DNA of 64,000 bases from an uncultured candidate division WWE3 bacterium (GTDB lineage: Bacteria > Patescibacteriota > WWE3 > UBA101185 > UBA10185), in the NCBI GenBank assembly GCA_963765125.1, contig CAVXUZ010000004.1, positions 792 to 64,791 of the forward strand, in the 5' to 3' direction. The stretch's first letter is position 1, and each line of letters begins with the position of its first letter. A model generated the notes under the pieces. That model searched no databases. It was not told the origin of the DNA and saw nothing but the letters and a program-made list of their open reading frames with translations. Made by a program: the position numbers and the translations under genes. Of this stretch, positions 38,707 to 46,429 are shown piece after piece.

Positions 38707-39453
38707 TTGTACATTAGAATGAAAATATCCTGCCCACCTTATACCATGAGCGTTTTATCTAAACCTGAAATTCTAAAACATTTTAAAGCCGGTAATATTG
38801 TTATCGAACCGTTTAATAAAAGTAATATCGCAAACGCCAGCTATGATGTAAGACTTGGTAAATATTTTTACCGTCAAGACGAGCAAGCAAATTCAAAAAT
38901 ATTAAATCCATTTTGGGAAAAATCAGTCAGCAGAATGTATTCAGGCGTTCAAGAAGCTATTCCCGTTAAAGAAATTAGATCAGAGTTTAATCCTTTTTAT
39001 AATTTAAAACCAAATGATTTGGTGATTTTGGTGGGTCCGGGTGAATCTATACTTGCGCACACAATAGAGTTTATCGGTGGAAAAAATGGAGACGGCGTTT
39101 TACCTGCAGTGACTACTGAAATGCGTGCTAGGAGTTCTCTAGGAAGAATAGGAATTGCCGTTTGCAAATGCGCGGGTTGGGGTGATATTGGTTATATAAA
39201 CCGCTGGACGATGGAGATTACAAACTTCAGTACAGCTATTATTCCATTACCTGTAGGTATGCGAGTTGCACAAATAATTTTTCACGAAACCGTACCGGTC
39301 GAAGAGGATGATACTTACCAACAAAAAGGGAAATACCAAACGAGTAAAGAAATGGCTACTATCAAAAAAAACTGGAAACCTGAGGATATGCTTCCAAAAT
39401 TATATAAAGACAAGGATTTAGGTAAATTTTCTAAATTTTGGTGCCAGTCTTAG
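38707..39453 (+). CDS. dcd: dCTP deaminase (dUTPase superfamily)
   Basis: SYDVRLG motif and beta-rich dUTPase fold pattern; true start probably ATG ~38746. Confidence 0.65.
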   Translation: MYIRMKISCPPYTMSVLSKPEILKHFKAGNIVIEPFNKSNIANASYDVRLGKYFYRQDEQANSKILNPFWEKSVSRMYSGVQEAIPVKEIRSEFNPFYNLKPNDLVILVGPGESILAHTIEFIGGKNGDGVLPAVTTEMRARSSLGRIGIAVCKCAGWGDIGYINRWTMEITNFSTAIIPLPVGMRVAQIIFHETVPVEEDDTYQQKGKYQTSKEMATIKKNWKPEDMLPKLYKDKDLGKFSKFWCQS

Positions 39454-39646
39454 TCCACGCGGCTAGAGATTTTTCTGCTGTTTGGGAATCAATTTTATGC
39501 ATCGCTATACCCATTTGCACTTGAACATAATCACCAACCATAATACCCTCATCGCCTATCATTGCGTAGCGCTCCTCACCCGGGTACTCAATTAGTGCTT
39601 TTCGACCTTCAATTTTTTTGACTTTTCCTGGTATTGCTAGACACAT
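39431..39646 (-). CDS. hypC: [NiFe]-hydrogenase maturation chaperone HypC/HupF
   Basis: Canonical N-terminus MCLAIPGKV (Cys2 essential) and ~72 aa length; the longer upstream extension in the ORF track is unlikely. Confidence 0.7.
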   Translation of the reverse strand: MCLAIPGKVKKIEGRKALIEYPGEERYAMIGDEGIMVGDYVQVQMGIAMHKIDSQTAEKSLAAWTKTGTKI

Positions 39647-39662
39647 ATTTATATTATAATTT

Positions 39663-40181
39663 ATGAGCTCTATTATGTCAGATACAAACGCTCCAACAGA
39701 AAAAAAGAAACTCGTCATTGGATGGTACTCCTTTACATGCTGTGAGGACAGTACTATTTTATTCACCGAGTTATTAAACGATCACTACGACGAATGGAAA
39801 AAAGTAGTCGAATTTAGATATATACGTTCGCTAAAAACAAACAATGAAACACGCGATCTCGATGTGGCCTTTATAGAAGGCGCCATTTCATCAAAAAAAC
39901 AAGAGGACGAGGTAATAAATATAAGAGCAAACGCTAAATATGTTGTTGCGGTCGGCGCGTGTGCTTGCACTGGTATGCCTTCTGCGAGTCGAAACGCTTT
40001 TACACCAGAAAATATTACAGAACGAATTCAATGGTATTTAAGCCACTTTGATTACAGCGAAAAAGTAAGAAAACTAGACGAAGTTATAAAAGTTGACGAT
40101 TGGATCAACGGCTGCCCGATGGGTGTAGACGCTTTTTATGCAGCGCTTGATAAGTATTTAAAATTATTTGAAATAATCTAA
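39663..40181 (+). CDS. [NiFe]-hydrogenase small subunit, minimal NuoB/EchC-like (single proximal Fe-S cluster)
   Basis: FTCCEDS, GACACTG, GCPMG motifs resembling the NuoB-type CCxxE / GxCxxxG / GCPP cysteine ligands; 172 aa; immediately upstream of large subunit. Confidence 0.6.
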   Translation: MSSIMSDTNAPTEKKKLVIGWYSFTCCEDSTILFTELLNDHYDEWKKVVEFRYIRSLKTNNETRDLDVAFIEGAISSKKQEDEVINIRANAKYVVAVGACACTGMPSASRNAFTPENITERIQWYLSHFDYSEKVRKLDEVIKVDDWINGCPMGVDAFYAALDKYLKLFEII

Positions 40182-40182
40182 T

Positions 40183-41484
40183 ATGCATAGCGGAGAAATT
40201 ACAATTGATAACATTACAAAGATTGAGGGTTCTGCGGGACTTAAAGTTACTATAGAAAATGATAAAGTAACTGATCTCAAATTTATTATTCAAGATTATC
40301 GACGATTTTATACTGAGGCTGTCAAAGGTAAACCGTACATTGCAGCGCCATCGTTTCTCTCAAGAATTTGTGGCACCTGCTCAGTTGCACATTTATTTGC
40401 AGCGCTCGAAGCAGTAGAAAAATCTCAAGGTATTCAACTTAGCGAACAATCTAAAACATTACGTAGGCTTGCTTATGACGGTTTGATGATTCGCGACCAT
40501 GCACTACACTTATACTTTTTTGTATTACCAGACATTTTAGGAATAGATTCGATATTAGATATCCCAGACGAACACGATAACGAAGGTCACCAATTACTGC
40601 ACGACTCCTTTGATATAAAGCGCGTAGGTACAACAATAACTGACGTTATTATCGGCGCTGCAATACACGCTCCTTATCCAACAGTTGGAGGATTTTTAAA
40701 AACACCAGATGCGAGTAAATTTCCTGCATTGATTGAGAGTCTTAAAAAAATAAGGCCGATGGCAATCAGAGGAGTTGAGACATTTGCAAAATGGGATATT
40801 AAACTTATTAGAAATTCTGATTACTTAGCGATAAGAAACCCAGAAAGATACGACTACATTGAGGGTGAAGTGATTAACTCAAGTGGTAAACGCGTTCCTG
40901 AAGAAAAGTTTCATGACTTTTTGAAATCAGTTGTTATTCCATACTCTCAAGCTGAAGGATATGTATTTTCAGATGTTCACGATGATTACTTAGTAGGTTC
41001 TTTGGCACGCATAAACTTTAACAAAGATCAGTTGCATCCAGATACTAAACGGGATATTGCAAAATATTTAGATTTATTTCCTTCAAATAATGTTTTTCAC
41101 AATAATCTTGCACAAGCTATTGAGATATTGCAGAGTATCGATAACGCAATTGAGATACTAGAAAATATTAAACTTGTAGATGAAAAGCCAATCAGGCAGC
41201 CAGCACGCGCGGGTACTGGCGTAGGTGTTATAGAAGCTCCAAGAGGAATTTTGTACCACTACGCGCAGGTTAACGAAAAAGGGATGATCGTGGATTACGA
41301 TGTTATTGTACCTACAGCCCAAAATCAGATTAATATAGAAAACGATCTCAAAAAATATTTTAATGAGAATCTCGACAAAGACCAAAATACATTAAGACTT
41401 GAAGCAGAGAAGATTATTCGTGCCTACGATCCTTGTATGTCTTGCGCGACTAATTTCTTAAAAATAGAGTGGATTGTTAAATAA
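40183..41484 (+). CDS. [NiFe]-hydrogenase large (catalytic) subunit
   Basis: N-terminal RICGTCSVAH and C-terminal DPCMSCATN Ni-Fe ligand motifs, short C-terminal extension. Confidence 0.85.
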   Translation: MHSGEITIDNITKIEGSAGLKVTIENDKVTDLKFIIQDYRRFYTEAVKGKPYIAAPSFLSRICGTCSVAHLFAALEAVEKSQGIQLSEQSKTLRRLAYDGLMIRDHALHLYFFVLPDILGIDSILDIPDEHDNEGHQLLHDSFDIKRVGTTITDVIIGAAIHAPYPTVGGFLKTPDASKFPALIESLKKIRPMAIRGVETFAKWDIKLIRNSDYLAIRNPERYDYIEGEVINSSGKRVPEEKFHDFLKSVVIPYSQAEGYVFSDVHDDYLVGSLARINFNKDQLHPDTKRDIAKYLDLFPSNNVFHNNLAQAIEILQSIDNAIEILENIKLVDEKPIRQPARAGTGVGVIEAPRGILYHYAQVNEKGMIVDYDVIVPTAQNQINIENDLKKYFNENLDKDQNTLRLEAEKIIRAYDPCMSCATNFLKIEWIVK

Positions 41485-41846
41485 TCAATATCCTTATCTT
41501 TTGGTAATCCAATAATACTGACGTTTCCAATTTTTCCTAATTTCTTTAAATATTTTAATTGAAAACCTAAATCAAAATCGTGTACTGAGGTTCTTGGAGA
41601 ATTTACTAATTTATCTATACTCTTGTCGTCAAGTAAAACGGTTTTATCAATTCCTTCCACTGTGTCCATCAAAATAATATTTTCATTTTCGTTGAACGGA
41701 AGATCTTGGTTTGGTTTAACAATTTCAAAGTCTATATTGTTGTAGACACTGCTCTCATCACCAACCATAGTTTTTAAATGTTCGACTGCTCTAAATGAGT
41801 AATTATCTTGTGGGTGATCTTCGTTGCCAAAAAGGTAGACTTTCAT
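41424..41846 (-). CDS. Hydrogenase maturation endopeptidase (HycI/HyaD family)
   Basis: ILMDTVEG and SVHDFDLG metal-binding motifs; 3' end overlaps large-subunit 3' end by ~60 nt. Confidence 0.6.
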   Translation of the reverse strand: MKVYLFGNEDHPQDNYSFRAVEHLKTMVGDESSVYNNIDFEIVKPNQDLPFNENENIILMDTVEGIDKTVLLDDKSIDKLVNSPRTSVHDFDLGFQLKYLKKLGKIGNVSIIGLPKDKDIDYLTIHSIFKKLVAQDIQGS

Positions 41847-41874
41847 ACTATTTTATTTTAACCTGTATCAATCA

Positions 41875-42591
41875 ATGAAAGAAGATATTAAAGCTTTAAA
41901 ACTTGTTTCACGATTCTCACTCCCACCTAATTCACTTGGTTACTGCGGTAAAACAACTGCGCCAGAAAGGCTCAATTCGTGTGTTATCAAAGGTGATTGT
42001 GAAGGCGTTTCTAATGAATTGGAAAACTTTATTGTTTTAAACCCTTATCTAAAAACAATTAGCGAAATATCAGGTAAACCGAGATTTGGCTATGAAGTTA
42101 TAGAGTGTTACTGCATTGGAAATGAGCTAAGCGGTAAATTCGATTTATCAGGTTATGATTTACTACTTAAGAATTTTATCTCTCAGGGTGTTCCCGATTT
42201 TTTTGTTGATGAATTAAAATGTAATCCACCTAAGACTTTTATACCCACTCATCTTTTTCAAGTATTATATGTTGGGGTTGGAAAAGCGAGCGGGTCAGTA
42301 CTTTACAATATGGATACGATTAACAACTGTATGGTTAGATGGGGAGAAGTTAAAAATATAAGTAACGATAAAATTACTGTGGATTTAAATATGCTTGAAG
42401 GAACCCCTGAAGATAAATTATTTAAATTAGTAAAAAAAGAAGAAACATTTTCATTTAACAAATTGTTTGTCCCAAAATTAAAAGTTGGCAGTATTGTGGC
42501 AGTACATTGGCAGCAGGTTATTAAAATACTTACAAAGCAAGAAGTTAAAAATATTGAGTATTGGACAAAGAAAGTCTTAAATAGTTTCTAA
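41875..42591 (+). CDS. Hypothetical Cys-containing protein
   Basis: ORF; GYCGK...NSCVIKGDCEG. Confidence 0.4.
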   Translation: MKEDIKALKLVSRFSLPPNSLGYCGKTTAPERLNSCVIKGDCEGVSNELENFIVLNPYLKTISEISGKPRFGYEVIECYCIGNELSGKFDLSGYDLLLKNFISQGVPDFFVDELKCNPPKTFIPTHLFQVLYVGVGKASGSVLYNMDTINNCMVRWGEVKNISNDKITVDLNMLEGTPEDKLFKLVKKEETFSFNKLFVPKLKVGSIVAVHWQQVIKILTKQEVKNIEYWTKKVLNSF

Positions 42592-43491
42592 AGATTTTAC
42601 CTGATTTCCCTTTGCAGAAAACCAAAACAACATAAGTCCCACCACAGATAATAATATTTGTGGTGCAAGCTCTGCATTCCAGGCGCGAGTAATAAAAATT
42701 GCTGAAAAAGCATTTGTTATAAGCGTTGAAAATGCTAAAACTGAGGCAACGGTAATAGCAGGACTAATTTTTAAGGCTCTGTACCATGTATAAACATACG
42801 CGAGCAAAGTCATAGCGGTCGCTAATACCCAGATAATTTGGTTGCCATTGATAGCAACTACTTTTTGGAGAGCGTTAGGAATTGTTAAAAGTGAAGCACC
42901 AATTAGTAACAAGGAACCAACGCCCATTCTTGCGAAAGTAAGAATATCTGCGTCAACGTTTTTAAGAACTTTTTTAGCAATTATATTTTCCACCGCCCAA
43001 AGTATTGTCGCAGCTAAAATCATAACTTCTCCTGTTGAGAATTTAAATCCTGTGAATCCCCCGATAAATAAATTACTTCCAAAAAGTGCGAGAAGTCCAA
43101 CAATTTGAAGTTTAGTCATTTTCTCTTTTAAAAATGGAAGCGCTAGTAATGCAACCCAAATAATTAATGTTTTATGAATTAAAGCTGCGTTTATAGCTGA
43201 AGCAGATGATAGCCCAGTGAAAAATAAATAAAATGGCAGTGCACCTCCTACAAGTCCTACAAGTAGTAATCCACGTAGATTACGTTTTTCTAATTTCATG
43301 ATCTTTGCAATTTTTCCGGTGCTAAGTAGAACAGCTAATATCACCAAACCAACAATTGTATTTTTTACTGTAGTGAATAAAAGTGGAGGAGTTACCGCGC
43401 CGACAGCAAATTTGTTTATAAATATCGACACGCCAGATATTATCGCGGTCAACAAAGCTATATAAATACCTTTCATTTCTCTATTGGGCAT
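42577..43491 (-). CDS. EamA/DMT-family transporter
   Basis: 10-TM duplicated EamA pattern. Confidence 0.65.
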   Translation of the reverse strand: MPNREMKGIYIALLTAIISGVSIFINKFAVGAVTPPLLFTTVKNTIVGLVILAVLLSTGKIAKIMKLEKRNLRGLLLVGLVGGALPFYLFFTGLSSASAINAALIHKTLIIWVALLALPFLKEKMTKLQIVGLLALFGSNLFIGGFTGFKFSTGEVMILAATILWAVENIIAKKVLKNVDADILTFARMGVGSLLLIGASLLTIPNALQKVVAINGNQIIWVLATAMTLLAYVYTWYRALKISPAITVASVLAFSTLITNAFSAIFITRAWNAELAPQILLSVVGLMLFWFSAKGNQVKSLETI

Positions 43492-43513
43492 ATTTTTATT
43501 GTTCAGAAACTAC

Positions 43514-43768
43514 TTAATTTGGCCAAACCTGTTCGCCTGTTTCAGAATTGGTGATGATAATCGCTTTTGTAGGGCATGACTGCGCCGCTAAAAGCAAGTT
43601 ATCCTCTGTATCTTGGCTTGTTTCTAAAATGACTGCTTTTTTCTCAGCATCTAATTCAAACGTATCTGGAGAAAAAGCAATACATGAAGCAGCGCCAATA
43701 CACAGATCGCGAACGACTTGAACTTTATATTTTCCTATTTGGACTATTTTGTCTTGTGAGTTATCCAT
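43514..43768 (-). CDS. Ferredoxin (single/7Fe-type, Pyrococcus-like)
   Basis: CIGAASCIAFSP ... AAQSCPTKAI cysteine pattern, 84 aa. Confidence 0.7.
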   Translation of the reverse strand: MDNSQDKIVQIGKYKVQVVRDLCIGAASCIAFSPDTFELDAEKKAVILETSQDTEDNLLLAAQSCPTKAIIITNSETGEQVWPN

Positions 43769-43823
43769 TGGTCTATGTTATTAGATTTTAGCTAAATGTA
43801 CAACTACTCTTTTTGGAATGAAA

Positions 43824-44681
43824 TTACATGTACTTCTTAAAGATGTCGGTAAGATCTTTTCTGATTGGATTTGATGCAACCAGTGGATATTGAGAGAGCT
43901 GTGATAATTGTGATTCGTAAGAAGGTTTATCTTCTTCGTAAAGTATTCCCAACGGAACACTTTTTTCACCAAACTCCTGAGATTTCTTAAAAGCAGTTTC
44001 TTTGTTGGTCTTGTCGTAAGTAGAATCTAGATAGTATGTGTTATTGTGATAAAACTCATGACTCAGTGTTTTGTTGAAAGTTACACAAGGCTGCAAAATA
44101 TCTAAAACTGAAATTCCTTTATGCTTGTTTGCTGCAACTATCAAATCTTTAAGTTGAGCCATATCTCCTGTAAATCCACGCGCAACAAATGTAGCACCTG
44201 CTGAAATTGCTAAGGTCAGTGGGTTTAACGGCCAATCGGGATTACCGTCGGGTGTAGATTTTGATTTAAACCCGTGGGGTGAGGCAGGAGACGTTTGCCC
44301 TGTTGTTAAAGCATAAAGTCCGTTGTCATGAAGTAAAATAGTAATATCGTGGTTTCTTCTACACGCATGAATAAAGTGGTTACCACCTTCTCCTAAACAA
44401 TCACCATCCCCAGTAAAAACAAAAACATTGAGCGCGTGATTTGCCATTTTAAGACCAGAAGCAACCGGTATTGCTCGACCGTGCAAACCCTCAACCGCTG
44501 TAATTTTTGTGAAGTTAACAATATGGCCATGGCAACCGATACCTGCTACATATGATGTATTTGTATTATTCCAACCTTCTTGAACTGCTGCCATTTTAAA
44601 CGAAGACCAAAGTGCTAAGTTTCCACAGCCTGGGCACCAATTTGGATTACACGGAGTTTGAAGTTGCGCCATTGTTGTCAT
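43824..44681 (-). CDS. 2-oxoacid:ferredoxin oxidoreductase beta (TPP-binding) subunit
   Basis: CPGCGN, GDGD TPP motif. Confidence 0.85.
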   Translation of the reverse strand: MTTMAQLQTPCNPNWCPGCGNLALWSSFKMAAVQEGWNNTNTSYVAGIGCHGHIVNFTKITAVEGLHGRAIPVASGLKMANHALNVFVFTGDGDCLGEGGNHFIHACRRNHDITILLHDNGLYALTTGQTSPASPHGFKSKSTPDGNPDWPLNPLTLAISAGATFVARGFTGDMAQLKDLIVAANKHKGISVLDILQPCVTFNKTLSHEFYHNNTYYLDSTYDKTNKETAFKKSQEFGEKSVPLGILYEEDKPSYESQLSQLSQYPLVASNPIRKDLTDIFKKYM

Positions 44682-46429
44682 TTCTCTTCTCCCTTCAACA
44701 CTGAATTTATTTTTTCTATAATTTCTTCTACAAAAAATGGGCGACCGTCGTACTTTAAGAAATTATCTTTTATTTCAAAGCCAGTCTTTTCTCTAATAAT
44801 TCCCGCCATATGCCCTGTGTAATTAGCTTCGATATTTATGACATGTTTTGTTTTGCTTAATACTTCGAAAATTCTTTTGGCAGGAAATGGATTTGCCCAT
44901 GTAAGATGCAAATAGTTTACGTTTTCAAATTCATTTATGGCTTGAAGAATGCTTCCCTTGTTGCTACCCCAAGAAACTATTGTTATATCAGCGTTTTCTG
45001 GGCCATACAAAACTGGTTGATCCATATCTTCCCTCTCGCAAGTAATAAGTTTTTGCATTCGCTTTTTCATTTGCTCATTACGATTGTCTATTTCTTCGCT
45101 CGAATAACCTTTTTCGTCGTGCTCGTCTGAATTTGCAATAAAGAAATTTCCTACACCGGGAACAGTACGAGTAGAAATTCCGTCTTCTGATAAATTGTAG
45201 CGTTTAAATTCAGGGTCGAGGTCTAAAGAAAGTTTTCCTCTGTTCACTACAAAATTAGAATTATCAAATACTTCAACGGTTTTATCGTGTTCACAAAGAT
45301 TTTTGTCAATTAGTACAACAACTGGAGTTTGATATTTTTCTGCAAGATTAAATGCTTTTCTCGTAAGGTCAAAAACTTCTTCTATATCTCCTGGTGTTAG
45401 CACAATTCTCGGAAAATCTCCTTGATGTGCATGTAGAACAAATCTCAAATCACCTTGTTCGCTCCAAGTGGGAAGACCGGTAGCTGGTGCACCTCGCTGA
45501 CCTTCAACAATAACTACACCAACTTCGGCAATTCCTGCTAGACCATAAGCCTCAGACATTAATGCGAAACCTCCACCTGAGGTGGAAGTCATTGATCTGG
45601 CGCCTGCAAACGATGCCCCAATAGCCATATTTATCGCGGAAATCTCATCTTCTGGCTGTTTATAAACAAATCCATATTTTTGCTGGTAACTCGTTAAAAA
45701 GTGCAAAATATTAGAAATTGGTGACATTGGATAAATTGCAATAAACTGAACCCCGCCCGCGATTGCACCCATTCCCGCTGCCTCGTTTCCATTTACTACC
45801 ATAAGTGGTTTTCCATTTGGGTAACCTTGCACAGAATTTAGAATGTCTACAACCTTACTATCGTAGTTTTCTTTTGCATATTTATAACCAAGTTCTGCCG
45901 CTTTTAAATCGGCGTTGATAATTTCTTCTGATTTACCTGCGTACTCTTCTCTTACAAACGCTTTTAATATTTCTATATTTCCACCGAGCATTCCCGTGAT
46001 AGCCCCTAGTGCAACACTATTTATCAACAATTCGTCCCCACCTGATTCTTTTGCAAAAGCAGACAAATTTACAGGGTAAAGATTAATTCCCGCGGGAACT
46101 TTTGATACGTCTATCTTTTTATCGCCGTCATAAATTATTCCTGCGCCATCAGTCAAACTATCTAGATGAAAATCAATTCCGTCTTGATTAAGCGCAACTA
46201 GAAGATCTGTTTTATTACTTGGACCTTCAACTTTTTCTTTTGAAATATTAATCTGCATCACATTGTGTCCACCTCTAATAATTGAAGGATATTCGATATA
46301 GTTAAAAATGTAACACCCGGATCTGGCGGCAAATCGAGCAAAAAGGATCCCTGATGACTTAATACCCTGTCCAGCCATACCGGCTATTTTTACAGAATAT
46401 ATTTTTTGTTTTGTTAATGTTTTTTTCAT
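44678..46429 (-). CDS. 2-oxoacid:ferredoxin oxidoreductase alpha subunit (gamma-alpha fused)
   Basis: N-terminal gamma-type domain (GMAGQGIKSSG) + alpha pyrimidine-binding domain; overlaps beta start. Confidence 0.85.
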   Translation of the reverse strand: MKKTLTKQKIYSVKIAGMAGQGIKSSGILFARFAARSGCYIFNYIEYPSIIRGGHNVMQINISKEKVEGPSNKTDLLVALNQDGIDFHLDSLTDGAGIIYDGDKKIDVSKVPAGINLYPVNLSAFAKESGGDELLINSVALGAITGMLGGNIEILKAFVREEYAGKSEEIINADLKAAELGYKYAKENYDSKVVDILNSVQGYPNGKPLMVVNGNEAAGMGAIAGGVQFIAIYPMSPISNILHFLTSYQQKYGFVYKQPEDEISAINMAIGASFAGARSMTSTSGGGFALMSEAYGLAGIAEVGVVIVEGQRGAPATGLPTWSEQGDLRFVLHAHQGDFPRIVLTPGDIEEVFDLTRKAFNLAEKYQTPVVVLIDKNLCEHDKTVEVFDNSNFVVNRGKLSLDLDPEFKRYNLSEDGISTRTVPGVGNFFIANSDEHDEKGYSSEEIDNRNEQMKKRMQKLITCEREDMDQPVLYGPENADITIVSWGSNKGSILQAINEFENVNYLHLTWANPFPAKRIFEVLSKTKHVINIEANYTGHMAGIIREKTGFEIKDNFLKYDGRPFFVEEIIEKINSVLKGEEK

